From Bacteroidota bacterium (GTDB lineage: Bacteria; Bacteroidota; Bacteroidia; Bacteroidales; VadinHA17): a stretch of DNA of 64,000 nucleotides. Where the stretch lies: positions 55,982 to 119,981 of the forward strand of contig JAKPOU010000028.1 of assembly GCA_029547705.1 (NCBI GenBank). Direction: 5' to 3'. Below the pieces are notes generated by a model. The model was not told the DNA's origin. It worked only from the letters and a program-made list of their open reading frames with translations, and did no database searches. Below are positions 10,644 through 20,486 of the stretch, in pieces; the first letter of the stretch is position 1; every line of letters begins with the position of its first letter. A program made the position numbers and the translations under genes.

Positions 10644-13016
10644 ATGAAACAGAGGGTAGCATTTCTTTCAGTTTTATTTCTTTCAGTTTCGTTGCTGTTT
10701 GGCCAGCCTCAGGAAACAGTGTACGAAGGCACACTTATAGCCACGGGTTTGCGGCAGAGTATACCCATTCCCTCGTCAGGCCCCTTTGACATTGGCTTTA
10801 ACTTTACCTTTTTCGGCAACACCTATAATCATTTCTACGTGAGTGCCAACGGACTTGTGATGTTCACACAGCCGGACGGACTCTACAATGACGAGGTTAC
10901 AATCCCCGACCCGGCAATGCCAAACAATTATATTGCTCCGTTCTGGGATAATCTTTCCATTCTGGACCGGGGAAATGTAATGTACAGGACAATCGGCACA
11001 GCTCCCGGCAGGAAATGCATCATCCAGTACAAAAATATGGGCTTCGATCCTGTTCTGAAACCTTTCGGAACATTCTCAGTGATCCTATATGAAACTACAA
11101 ATGTTGTCCAGATCCAGTACAGGCTGATAGTTGACCCATTCTCTCCCGAACCCCATGGGGCCAGTGCCACAATAGGGCTTGAAAACGCTGATGGAACAGC
11201 AGGCGTTTTATATGCATTCCATGAGGATGACGCCGTCTATACAGGAGACGCCATCTCCTTCACTCCTGCCGGTCCGGATGACTATACCATTAATGACAAT
11301 GCCATCTACGACGGAGTGTTTCTGACCAGCAATCTCACACTTCCTGATCCCGAAAGAGTTGATCTCGTTAGTCCTGCAAAAGATGCGATAACGGGTACAA
11401 ACCATACTTTTATCTGGACTGCCTCCTCCAAGGCCACAAATTACTATCTGCTCCTGGACAGCAAACCGGATCTGTCAGATGCCTCCTATACCAGTGTCGG
11501 GCTTAATCTGAACCATACTGTCACCGGCCTGGAGCCTGATAAAACATATTACTGGACTGTTTTTGCCGAGAATTCAACCGGCATTGCCTGGTGCGAAGTA
11601 AGCCGTTTCACCACCAGTACAACGCCACCGTTATCCGCAGTGCCACAGACCATCTGGATGGAACAGGGCCAGGAGAAAACAATACAGCTTAATTATACCG
11701 GGGGAGATGGAAGCACAAAAACTGCAGTCATTACTTCTCTGCCGGCCCAGGGCATACTCTACCAGTATAATGCAGGAGGCAGGGGAGCTCAGATTACTTC
11801 CGTGCCTGCAACAGTTACTGATGCCGGCAGGAATATTATTTATTCCGCTTCAGGCAATGCCGGTAACAATGCCGGTAACTTCAGGTTTATTATGAGTGAT
11901 AATACAGGCAACTCCCCCGAGGCAACGATAAAGATCAATGTCAGTCCTCCGGGAGTCCCTTCTGTGCTTTATATGGCAAAAAATATAAATGTGGAGATAC
12001 AGTTTGACAGGCTGATGGCTGATCCCGCCGGGAAACAGAATCAGTTTGAAGTGAAAGTTAACGGGTTACCGGCTGCTGTCAGCAGCGTGAGCCTTAAAAC
12101 AGGGGATCCCTATACGATTGTATTAAATCTCTCCGTCCCCCTGACGGGAACCGAAAATGTAACGCTCTCATACAACCAGGGGGATGTGGCATCAACAAGC
12201 GGCGGACTGCTTCTGCCATTCACCGGTCAGCCCGTTACTCTTAAGGCACAGACCATCACTTTCACACAATCCCTTGACAGGAAATACAGCCTGCAGTCAT
12301 TTACACTCAGTGCAACAGCTTCCAGCAGCCTTGGAATAACCTTCGCAAGTGCAAATCCGGCAGTTGCTGTCATCAGTGGCAACAGAACCTGTAACTTCAG
12401 GGGAGTGGGAACATCTTCCATTACAGCCCGGCAGGCAGGAAATGCCACGTATGCTCCTGCCCGTTATATCAGAACACTGACAGTCAGCAAGGGTGATCAG
12501 ACTATCACATTCGATCCCATACCTGCCCAGGCACTGGAATATCCTGATTTCAACCTTGTTGCAACGGCAACCTCAGGACTCCCGGTCAGTTTCTCCAGCA
12601 GTGACCCCGGTGTTGCAACAGTAACAGGATCTCAAGTACATATTACAGGTACAGGAACCACGGTTATCACAGCAGCACAGGCCGGTTCGGAATTATGGAA
12701 TCCGGCTGCCGATGTTCAGCAGCCACTTGTTGTCAATGCCACCGGGATCGATGATGCTTTTGCTCCGGAAAACAGTTTTAATATCTATTCAGCCGGTAAT
12801 TATATCTATGTCCGGACAAATGCAGGAGAACAGGACGGAATGACCGGTACAGTAACAATTTTTGATATCACGGGCAAACCGGTAAGCATACTTGAAAATA
12901 TTGAATTCTCCGGAGATAGCAGGATTGAAATTCCTGCCGGCGATATGAAAGGACTGTATATAGTTGAAATCCGTACAGCCACAATAAAAGCAAGAAAGAA
13001 AGTGGTGGTAAGATAA
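10644..13016 (+). CDS. secreted multi-domain adhesin-like protein (FN3-like and tandem Ig-like modules) with T9SS C-terminal sorting domain
   Basis: 790-aa ORF with signal peptide. Two tandem homologous modules (ITFTQSL...ITARQAGNATYAPA and ITFDPIP...ITAAQAGSELWNPA). The C-terminus (..GLYIVEIRTATIKARKKVVVR) resembles the CTD of the previous gene. Confidence 0.8.
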   Translation: MKQRVAFLSVLFLSVSLLFGQPQETVYEGTLIATGLRQSIPIPSSGPFDIGFNFTFFGNTYNHFYVSANGLVMFTQPDGLYNDEVTIPDPAMPNNYIAPFWDNLSILDRGNVMYRTIGTAPGRKCIIQYKNMGFDPVLKPFGTFSVILYETTNVVQIQYRLIVDPFSPEPHGASATIGLENADGTAGVLYAFHEDDAVYTGDAISFTPAGPDDYTINDNAIYDGVFLTSNLTLPDPERVDLVSPAKDAITGTNHTFIWTASSKATNYYLLLDSKPDLSDASYTSVGLNLNHTVTGLEPDKTYYWTVFAENSTGIAWCEVSRFTTSTTPPLSAVPQTIWMEQGQEKTIQLNYTGGDGSTKTAVITSLPAQGILYQYNAGGRGAQITSVPATVTDAGRNIIYSASGNAGNNAGNFRFIMSDNTGNSPEATIKINVSPPGVPSVLYMAKNINVEIQFDRLMADPAGKQNQFEVKVNGLPAAVSSVSLKTGDPYTIVLNLSVPLTGTENVTLSYNQGDVASTSGGLLLPFTGQPVTLKAQTITFTQSLDRKYSLQSFTLSATASSSLGITFASANPAVAVISGNRTCNFRGVGTSSITARQAGNATYAPARYIRTLTVSKGDQTITFDPIPAQALEYPDFNLVATATSGLPVSFSSSDPGVATVTGSQVHITGTGTTVITAAQAGSELWNPAADVQQPLVVNATGIDDAFAPENSFNIYSAGNYIYVRTNAGEQDGMTGTVTIFDITGKPVSILENIEFSGDSRIEIPAGDMKGLYIVEIRTATIKARKKVVVR

Positions 13017-13157
13017 AACCGGACTTAACAATTTTAAACGTGTGTTTTTTCAATTACACCTGTTAATCATTTAACAGGGCCGGGAAATTCTATAAGAAAA
13101 TACAAAAATATTGCAGGACTCTTTTTTGTTTTACTCTATCTCGGATATCTCGGATCA

Positions 13158-13445
13158 GTGACCTTTTTCCACCACAGCCATTCTGTCGGCGATATAACAG
13201 TTGTTCATTCCCATCCGCACAAATCCCATAATGATAATTCTCATTCCGGTCACGATCATTCAGAATATCTGCTTGTACTGATCCATTTCCTTTCGGTAAT
13301 CATAACCGCCGGCACTGTCTTTTTTTACGGGATAACAATTACGCAAAAACTTTATTACAGGATCTTTTCATGCCGGAACGAGATCAGCATCCCGAATTTT
13401 AATTTCTCAGGGATAAACCGTCCCTGGGCACCTTCACTCCGCTAA
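13158..13445 (+). CDS. His-rich small membrane protein, possibly start-codon-damaged
   Basis: 95-aa ORF from GTG with HHSHS..HSHPHKSHNDNSHSGHDHSE. The in-frame upstream extension encodes a basic-plus-TM N-terminus but has ATA where ATG would be expected (13092). Confidence 0.3.
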   Translation: MTFFHHSHSVGDITVVHSHPHKSHNDNSHSGHDHSEYLLVLIHFLSVIITAGTVFFYGITITQKLYYRIFSCRNEISIPNFNFSGINRPWAPSLR

Positions 13446-13469
13446 ACCGGCCCAGACATCATAATATTA

Positions 13470-13880
13470 TTGAATGTAAGATCCGAAATAGCCCCGATGA
13501 ACAATCAGACAATAGGAACCAGGTTTTTTCACAGATTTGGTCTGAGAAGTAAAGTAGTCATCGATTTTTTTAATATAAAGGAAGAAAGAGACGGAGGCAA
13601 CAGACAGGAATATCCCTTACACGAAAGAGATGTTGCGGAAGCTGTAAAGCACAACATCAAAACCGGTGCAGTGACTTATGAGCACTACTTCAGGGACTAC
13701 GACCTCTTTACCTTATTCGCATCAACCCAGAGCCTGAAGAGGGATTCATACTACGGGGCAAACCACTCGTTCGCCGATTATGGCTATTTCAATCTCGACT
13801 GGGATTTTGCCAAAGACATTTATTTCTCTGTGACCGGAACCTATTCAGGAAAATCTCTTGGCACTCCTGCAGAAATCTAA
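13470..13880 (+). CDS. hypothetical protein or gene fragment (aromatic-rich, beta-barrel-like C-terminal half)
   Basis: 136-aa ORF from TTG. No signal peptide and no recognised motif. May be a remnant. Confidence 0.25.
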   Translation: MNVRSEIAPMNNQTIGTRFFHRFGLRSKVVIDFFNIKEERDGGNRQEYPLHERDVAEAVKHNIKTGAVTYEHYFRDYDLFTLFASTQSLKRDSYYGANHSFADYGYFNLDWDFAKDIYFSVTGTYSGKSLGTPAEI

Positions 13881-13934
13881 AAATTTTATGCCCCATGATA
13901 TCTGTCACTTACATCTCCCAACCTGCAATGTGGA

Positions 13935-14762
13935 CTAATATAATTCTTTCAATATTTTAGCAATCTCCTGTGTTTCCCATAAAGTTTTACCAGTAGTTTG
14001 TACCATCATACTATATCCGTCGTCTTCTTCAATCAGGGTAACATCAATCCTGCCGTTGGGATGTATTTCACGAATAAAGCTCCTGCCATGTCTGTCAAAT
14101 GGCAAAGAATGCGGAATTTCTATAACATAATCACAATTAACAAGCTTTTTAGCCAATGCATAAAGCTTGTCCTTGCCATGGTCATCGCTTAAATGTATTC
14201 TTTTTTCTGATGGATTGATATCAGAGGGTACTAAAACAGGTTCTTTTTGTGATTTAATAAATTCTTGATAATAATCGAAATGTAAAAGTGAACTAATGTG
14301 TTTTACATTGTCCTTTCTTCTATCTGGTTTATCATCAAATTCAATATTAATAAGACTTTTTCTCCATACCTCGTTAACAGGGAAACTTAATGCAAAAGAA
14401 TCGCAAAGATTAGCCCACATTAAACCTTCAACAATGCTTCCATTGTAATTGGGTTCGGTAGGTTCATCCAAATAACAAAATGCATCGAATGTATGTTCAA
14501 TTCCTTTTTCATACGGCGAATTTCGAAAACTGAAATAAAAGTCTTTTTGGTTTTTATTTATCTCAGTATCACCTAACCAATTGTGTATTGTATATGTTGC
14601 TGCTAATTCAGTTTCCTCAAAATTATTCACCACTTTACAAGAATTAAAACCTTCTTGTTTTGCCTTCTTGCATAATTCTAAAAATGCACTCATTTTTTGT
14701 TGTGCATCGAATTTTGATTTAGCCGGATAATAAGCTGATATTTCATTGAAAAATAAGTCCAT
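13935..14762 (-). CDS. protein of unknown function, third gene of the DUF262/ATPase operon
   Basis: 275-aa ORF. It starts 2 nt after the stop of the ATPase gene and sits in the AT-rich block. I recognise no motif. Confidence 0.75.
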   Translation of the reverse strand: MDLFFNEISAYYPAKSKFDAQQKMSAFLELCKKAKQEGFNSCKVVNNFEETELAATYTIHNWLGDTEINKNQKDFYFSFRNSPYEKGIEHTFDAFCYLDEPTEPNYNGSIVEGLMWANLCDSFALSFPVNEVWRKSLINIEFDDKPDRRKDNVKHISSLLHFDYYQEFIKSQKEPVLVPSDINPSEKRIHLSDDHGKDKLYALAKKLVNCDYVIEIPHSLPFDRHGRSFIREIHPNGRIDVTLIEEDDGYSMMVQTTGKTLWETQEIAKILKELY

Positions 14763-14764
14763 AG

Positions 14765-15895
14765 CTAAATAAGTTTTAATAATAAATTACTCCACTCATC
14801 TAACAATCCTGCGGGATACTCGCTTAATGTACCTTTTTTATCAATGAATATTTCTGTAACTCTACTACGATGTTCATCATCATTAGGATTTCTATCAAAA
14901 TAATAAATGGCTAATTTATCATGGTCTAAAACATTATCTTTTACAGCTACCCTGATTCCGTTGATAATATGATCACTGTGGGATTCACAGAAAATTTGAA
15001 CGCCATTTTCTGCAGCTAAAGCCATTAGCCTGCCCATAGCCGACTGACCTGTCGGATGCAAATGAGATTCAGGATTTTCAATCAACAATAGGGACCCGGG
15101 CTCAGCTTTTAAAAGAGATACTATTAAAGGGAGCACATATAATATACCGAAACCGACATTATAAGGCGAAAATTCATTTGTAAATCTTGTTTTTGTTTCA
15201 AATTGGATTCCAAGTCTCAAAGAATCAACTCCTTTTAAATCTTCAATAACAAGTTTAGTGCCTGGGCTTATTTCTCCTAACCATGCTGCTGTTTGGTGTA
15301 ATAGATTATTAGAACTAGCCTTTAAGTGTCGTAAATTTTCTAATTGAATTATTTCACTATTACCAAACATTGAAAGATAATGAACAGCATATTCTCCTTT
15401 AATACCAATGTTTTTGTTTTGTTTTACTTCAAGTTCTGATTTGGGATATAATTTCTGAGGGCCATAGTGTTCAGCGGACAAGTATTGACAATGATTATTA
15501 AATAGAGAAAACCCTTCAAATTTTGAGATTTGATTGATAATAAGATTGCCACCATGTTCAATAGGTAAAATATCGGTTGTTGGATCAAATTGAAAAGCCC
15601 ACTGATATCTTTGTCCTTTTTGTGTCTGAATTTCAAATTCAATATGTTCACCTCTACCTGCTGATTGATAATAAGCATCTTTACCAGTGCCAATAGAAAT
15701 TAGATCTTTGTCGTTAAGTAATAATCCTTTAGTATCAAGTAGGCCTTTTTGAAATGATTGGCGCAATAACAACAATGATTGAAGAAGTGATGATTTTCCC
15801 ATACCATTCATACCAAAACATAAGTTTAGGTTTGAAGGTTTTAATTTCAGGCTTTTAAAAGCCTTGAAATTTTTAATAGCTATGTATTTAATCAT
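14765..15895 (-). CDS. AAA_15/AAA_21-type ABC ATPase (DUF3696-like C-terminus)
   Basis: 376-aa ORF. Walker [10 protein letters not shown] (15791-15814), [13 protein letters not shown] (Walker B/D-loop), CESHSDH (H-loop), C-terminal YPAGLLDEW. Its start overlaps the upstream gene by 8 nt. Confidence 0.85.
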   Translation of the reverse strand: MIKYIAIKNFKAFKSLKLKPSNLNLCFGMNGMGKSSLLQSLLLLRQSFQKGLLDTKGLLLNDKDLISIGTGKDAYYQSAGRGEHIEFEIQTQKGQRYQWAFQFDPTTDILPIEHGGNLIINQISKFEGFSLFNNHCQYLSAEHYGPQKLYPKSELEVKQNKNIGIKGEYAVHYLSMFGNSEIIQLENLRHLKASSNNLLHQTAAWLGEISPGTKLVIEDLKGVDSLRLGIQFETKTRFTNEFSPYNVGFGILYVLPLIVSLLKAEPGSLLLIENPESHLHPTGQSAMGRLMALAAENGVQIFCESHSDHIINGIRVAVKDNVLDHDKLAIYYFDRNPNDDEHRSRVTEIFIDKKGTLSEYPAGLLDEWSNLLLKLI

Positions 15896-17024
15896 GGGCT
15901 AATGAATTTCTTATGACTGTTTCAATTATCGAAAAACGATTAATAACATTTTGTTTGTCAGCAGTACCGGTACTTATTGCTTTATCCAATTTTTTATCTG
16001 AAGAATTTAGTGACTCCATAAACTGTTCAATAACAAAATCTTTGTTCGTTATTAGTTTATTTCTTTCTGTATCGGACAATTTAGCCAAAAGTACAGACCA
16101 CACTTCAAAAAGAGCTTTGTTTAATGGCTTGCGTTTATCGGATTTCTTATATATTTTTCTGAAAGCACGATTACCAAAAATAGCCCTTGCTGCTTTCATT
16201 GATGAAATAAAATCATTGGTTATAGTTTGTAACCTGGCTTCTGATAAGTCTTTCAACTCACTTACAGCGCTATTAAGGTACTCCTCCAAATTGCCTTTAT
16301 ATTCAGAAACTGGGTGTAAATAAAAGGCTATGAATCGGGTAACAAAATCCCGGTCAAGCATTCTTTCGGTAGGTATTGAATTTGTTGTAGCTGAAGTGAA
16401 TTCTTGAATTTCTGCAAGTTTTTTAATATAATCTGCAGCCTTACCCTGGTTCAAAGCATGTCTTATTTCTGCTGGTTCCAATATCAGACCTCCTGTATTA
16501 ATTCTTTTAAAGATATTATATTTTACCTCTGGCGGTGTACCTGGATTTATTATATAAACAGTTATCTCATGTTCCTCAATCCTTCGTTGCAGGTCTCTTG
16601 GAAGATTATCAAATTTAAAACCATTGAATTGTGTGAGATATTCCAGATTTTGGAGCGTTAAAATTTTATTAATTACGAAGTTTTTAAATGTACTTAATCG
16701 CTGGAGGCCGTCTACAACAAGCCAATCGTTATCATTAGTACCATCAAAATAAAATGCCGGTAAAGGGATTCTGATAAGTATCGATTCAATTAAGCGGCTT
16801 TGTTTTGTTTCATCCCAAAGGTCTGATTTACGTTGAAAACCAGTAAGCATATTTATTTCACCATTTCTTAAACGACGGAAAATGGCTTCAAGAATCATTT
16901 GCTTTGTTTGAATATCAATCTTCTTTGGATCAAAAGGTTTCGATATTTCAGCAACTGGACCATAGTACAGTAACTCATCTTCTACCAGATCCTTGGCGTT
17001 ATCGTAATTTTTTGTTATTACCAT
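15888..17024 (-). CDS. DUF262 / ParB-like nuclease-superfamily domain protein
   Basis: 378-aa ORF. Motifs [28 protein letters not shown] (DGQQR-like), [23 protein letters not shown]. No DUF1524/HNH C-terminal domain is evident. Confidence 0.85.
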   Translation of the reverse strand: MVITKNYDNAKDLVEDELLYYGPVAEISKPFDPKKIDIQTKQMILEAIFRRLRNGEINMLTGFQRKSDLWDETKQSRLIESILIRIPLPAFYFDGTNDNDWLVVDGLQRLSTFKNFVINKILTLQNLEYLTQFNGFKFDNLPRDLQRRIEEHEITVYIINPGTPPEVKYNIFKRINTGGLILEPAEIRHALNQGKAADYIKKLAEIQEFTSATTNSIPTERMLDRDFVTRFIAFYLHPVSEYKGNLEEYLNSAVSELKDLSEARLQTITNDFISSMKAARAIFGNRAFRKIYKKSDKRKPLNKALFEVWSVLLAKLSDTERNKLITNKDFVIEQFMESLNSSDKKLDKAISTGTADKQNVINRFSIIETVIRNSLAHD

Positions 17025-17252
17025 CTTATTCCCAATAATATTTACAACATTCTTTTGTTAACACACATGACTGCCTCGGATATCATGGCTTCCTAGTACT
17101 CGCTCGCTAATCAATTCATTTTATCGCTATAGAATCTCAACCTATAAACAGTTGCTTTTGTTATCGATTTTTGACGGAAAGAGCCTGGTTTCTCCGGATT
17201 TTTCGGTACATTCCACTGGTCGTGGATTATAAAAGAGTTATGACCTCACACC

Positions 17253-18275
17253 TTACTCCTCAACTTTCCTCCGTGTTTCTTCCTTTTCTATTATTTTTAT
17301 CTGTCCCGATGCCTGAATAGCTTTAAGTGTGATCTCCTTGGAATTATTCTCTGCATTCTCAGCTTTGGAATAGGCCTGTTTAAGTTGAATATTAAGGTCA
17401 TTGATCTTTGCAATCAGCGATTCGATCTGTTGATTCTTTAACTTTACCTCTCCTTCGTGGTCTTTAAGAAGAAGTTGTTTTTCGAATTTGTAATCCTTCT
17501 CAAGCCGGGAAGTTACGTCCTTTACTGCAACCTGGACTGCCTTCTCAAGTTCAGCCGGGAAGCTTTCTGCTTTTGATCTCAATCCTTCCAGTTCTTGTTC
17601 AGCAGCAGCCACACTTTGTTCCCTGAGCTTAATCCCGCTATCAAAGGCTTCCAATTTTTCTTTCAGCTCTTTTTCAAGCTGGAACTTCTTCTGCTCATAT
17701 TCATCCTTATCTTTTTTCCTCGTAAGCTTAAGATTATACTGGAATTCCTCTTCTTCACGAACCCGTTGCTTTTTGAGGGTTTCCTCTGCTTCTTTTCTGT
17801 TTTCTTCCCATAACTTCGTTTCTTTGTCGCGAATCAGTTTCTCCTGCCTGATCTCTTCTTCCAGCTCGCTTTTTCTTTGTGTCGTTTCACGTTCAAATTC
17901 CTCCTTCTTTTCTTTCTGGACTGCAAGAATTACAGCAAGTGAATCGGCTCCCGCATTTATCTGATAAAGATCCTTCAGCCTTTGATCCTCAATTAGTATT
18001 GCTTCTCTGATCTTAGCCAGTTTCTGACGTTCAGTGGTGAGATCGTCTTCAATCCTGTCAAGCTTGCTGTTCAATGAAAGTTTCAATGAACTTATAGCTC
18101 CAATGATCTCTTCATCTGTCAGTTTTGCAGCATCCTCCACCGTAGCTTCTTTCACTTTCTTTTCCTGTTCTGCTTTCGGACTTTCCTGTTTCGAATCCTG
18201 GATTCTCTTTAACAATTCATTATAAGCATTCAGTATTTCTGATTTTGTGTTCGTTAAACTTATTTTCTTTTCCAT
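17253..18275 (-). CDS. E/K-rich coiled-coil protein of unknown function
   Basis: 340-aa ORF, almost entirely heptad-like charged sequence, with no TM helix or signal peptide. Confidence 0.7.
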   Translation of the reverse strand: MEKKISLTNTKSEILNAYNELLKRIQDSKQESPKAEQEKKVKEATVEDAAKLTDEEIIGAISSLKLSLNSKLDRIEDDLTTERQKLAKIREAILIEDQRLKDLYQINAGADSLAVILAVQKEKKEEFERETTQRKSELEEEIRQEKLIRDKETKLWEENRKEAEETLKKQRVREEEEFQYNLKLTRKKDKDEYEQKKFQLEKELKEKLEAFDSGIKLREQSVAAAEQELEGLRSKAESFPAELEKAVQVAVKDVTSRLEKDYKFEKQLLLKDHEGEVKLKNQQIESLIAKINDLNIQLKQAYSKAENAENNSKEITLKAIQASGQIKIIEKEETRRKVEE

Positions 18276-18569
18276 GGTTTAGGGTTTTTAAATTTGGTAA
18301 CTTCTTTTTATTCATTCTTTTAAATAATCATGGCCCGGAATTTCAGAAAAATATGACTGTAATATTACAAAGATAAATATATTCAAACCTTCCACAAAAA
18401 AACCAGATACATATATAGTTTTGATATTCTGATATTTAACAAGCTATCCGGAACAGATCTGCCGCTACCGGGAACTAAAAACATCATTATCTTTTTACCC
18501 GCTGATGTCATGTTTTCCTTATCAGACAAATGCAGACCGCAGGAATGAAGGATTTCCTGCAATAAATCC

Positions 18570-18577
18570 TATATTTG
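18570..18577 (+). promoter_or_regulatory. candidate Bacteroidota -7 promoter box (TATATTTG)
   Basis: Exact TAnnTTTG match, 20 nt upstream of the ATG at 18597. Confidence 0.4.
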
Positions 18578-18596
18578 TTTTTCAATACGATTCCTG

Positions 18597-20282
18597 ATGA
18601 AGATCAAATCCGGATATATCATCATTTTCATTTTTATTTACCTTTTTCTGCCTGTTGAGCGGATATCATCCCAGGAAATTCCCCATCCGGTTGCCAATAC
18701 TGGCATTTATCAGTTCCTTGATGAACTGGCAAACGACCAGGTAGTCCAACTCAGCTCCGTTGTAAAACCATACTCCAGGCTGTTCATAGCCCGATGCCTG
18801 CGGGATGCAGACGAAAAACGTGACCGGCTTTCCCCCAGGCAGCAAAGAGAACTTGATTTTTACCTGAGGGATTTCGGGAAGGAAGACAGTTCAAGGAATA
18901 AGCTTTTCAGATCATCTTTCAGCAGTAACTTCGAAAAAGTGAGTTCTGCAAGGGAAGATCTTTTTTCCCGTCTGATAAAAGTAATACGAGGCAATAAAAG
19001 ATGGGATCTTTTTTATTATTCTGATTCTCTCTTCTCACTTACAATAAATCCTATTATTGGCGGAGAATTTTTTACCAACTCCTCCGGAACGGCAACATAC
19101 TGGAGAAACGGAATCGAGGCAAGGGCATACGTCAACCGGTGGGGGTTTTATGCTTCCCTCAGGGACAATCATGAAAAACCTCTCCTGGGGAAGCCTTCAT
19201 TCCTGACACAGAGAGAAGGCGGACACCTTAAGGGAAGCAGCGACTGGAGCGAAATGCAGGGCGGAATCACTTATTCATGGAAATGGGGAAATGCAGGATT
19301 TGTGAAAGACAACATTGAATGGGGAAATAATTATAACGGTGCGAATATCTTCGGCGGAAGGAATCCTTCATTCATACAGCTGAGGCTTCAGCTCAGACCT
19401 GCAAAATGGTTCACGTTCAACTATTTCCACGGATGGCTCAATTCAATGGTGGTGGACAGCGCAAACTCCTACTGGATGTCAAACAGTTACGGCACAAATT
19501 ACCGGGAAGTGTATCACAGGAAATTTCTTACAGCAAACATGTTAACTGTCACTCCGTTTAAATACCTGAACATCTCCGCGGGAAACAGCATAGTATACAA
19601 CAACACATCGGTAAACCCGGCATACCTTATGCCGCTGTTCTTCTACAAGTCTGTGGACCATTCAGTATCATCAGGTATTGACAACATGAATTCCCAGATG
19701 TTTTTTGATATAAGTTCCAGGCAGATCAGACATCTTCACCTGTACGCGACTCTCTTTGTTGATGAACTTGCAATAAGCCGTATATCCAAAAAGGATGCAT
19801 GGAACTTCCTGAGCTGGAAAAGCGGATTCCGGCTGAATAATTTTCCTTTCAGCGATACATATTTCACTACGGAATTCACTTATTCCTACCCGCTTACCTA
19901 TCAGCATTATGTGCCGACCACTACATTTGAATCAAACAATTACAACCTCGGGCACTATCTTAAGGATAATTCAAGGGAATGGTTCATATCTGCCGGATAC
20001 CGGCCGGTGGGCAATCTGGATATTCAGCTGTTTTTCTCAGATGCAGTCAGAGGACCGGATTATACCGAACTTGCTGCCCCCAGGGTTGGCAACCCTCCCC
20101 TTGAATCAGTTGAATGGAGGAACACATCTGCCGGACTGAAAGCTGTTTATCAGCTGATCAACGATCTATATGCGCAATTTTCGTTTTCTTACAGTAATAT
20201 TTCCGGGAACAAGAACTGGAGTCCGGAGTATTTACAGGGAAAGAAATTAACAGTTAATTTTGGAATCACATTCGGATTCTAG
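18597..20282 (+). CDS. outer-membrane protein, capsule assembly Wzi-like
   Basis: 561-aa ORF with signal peptide. The N-terminal helical segment (YQFLDELANDQVV..VKPYSRLFIARCL) and an aromatic-rich beta-barrel body ending in F resemble the Wzi family. Assigned from memory. Confidence 0.55.
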   Translation: MKIKSGYIIIFIFIYLFLPVERISSQEIPHPVANTGIYQFLDELANDQVVQLSSVVKPYSRLFIARCLRDADEKRDRLSPRQQRELDFYLRDFGKEDSSRNKLFRSSFSSNFEKVSSAREDLFSRLIKVIRGNKRWDLFYYSDSLFSLTINPIIGGEFFTNSSGTATYWRNGIEARAYVNRWGFYASLRDNHEKPLLGKPSFLTQREGGHLKGSSDWSEMQGGITYSWKWGNAGFVKDNIEWGNNYNGANIFGGRNPSFIQLRLQLRPAKWFTFNYFHGWLNSMVVDSANSYWMSNSYGTNYREVYHRKFLTANMLTVTPFKYLNISAGNSIVYNNTSVNPAYLMPLFFYKSVDHSVSSGIDNMNSQMFFDISSRQIRHLHLYATLFVDELAISRISKKDAWNFLSWKSGFRLNNFPFSDTYFTTEFTYSYPLTYQHYVPTTTFESNNYNLGHYLKDNSREWFISAGYRPVGNLDIQLFFSDAVRGPDYTELAAPRVGNPPLESVEWRNTSAGLKAVYQLINDLYAQFSFSYSNISGNKNWSPEYLQGKKLTVNFGITFGF

Positions 20283-20445
20283 CAAGGCCGGATATACATA
20301 TATATCAGAAATCCTGTGTGTTAATCCGTATCTATTTAAAACTGGTCTGATAAAAAATCTGCCGGAAAACATCACAGCAACAGCTGTTCTTCAAGACCGT
20401 TGAAAAATTCCCTGAATCCCCGCTCGTTTTTTAGCTGAAAAAACT

Positions 20446-20453
20446 TATATTTG
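20446..20453 (+). promoter_or_regulatory. candidate Bacteroidota -7 promoter box (TATATTTG)
   Basis: Exact TAnnTTTG match. It contains the TTG that opens the ORF-track call at 20451, which argues for a downstream start. Confidence 0.4.
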
Positions 20454-20486
20454 GCACGTCCTTTATCAGGGACCTACTGTCAAATT

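Noticed and set aside
13059-13078. Hairpin CCTGTTAA-tcat-TTAACAGG after the 790-aa gene, considered as a terminator
   Set aside because: No T-run follows it, and the 8-bp stem is AT-rich. The evidence is insufficient for an intrinsic terminator call.
20451-20486. TTG start proposed by the ORF track for the sugar transferase
   Set aside because: The TTG is part of an exact TATATTTG -7 box, so transcription probably begins downstream of it. I prefer GTG 20487 or ATG 20553.
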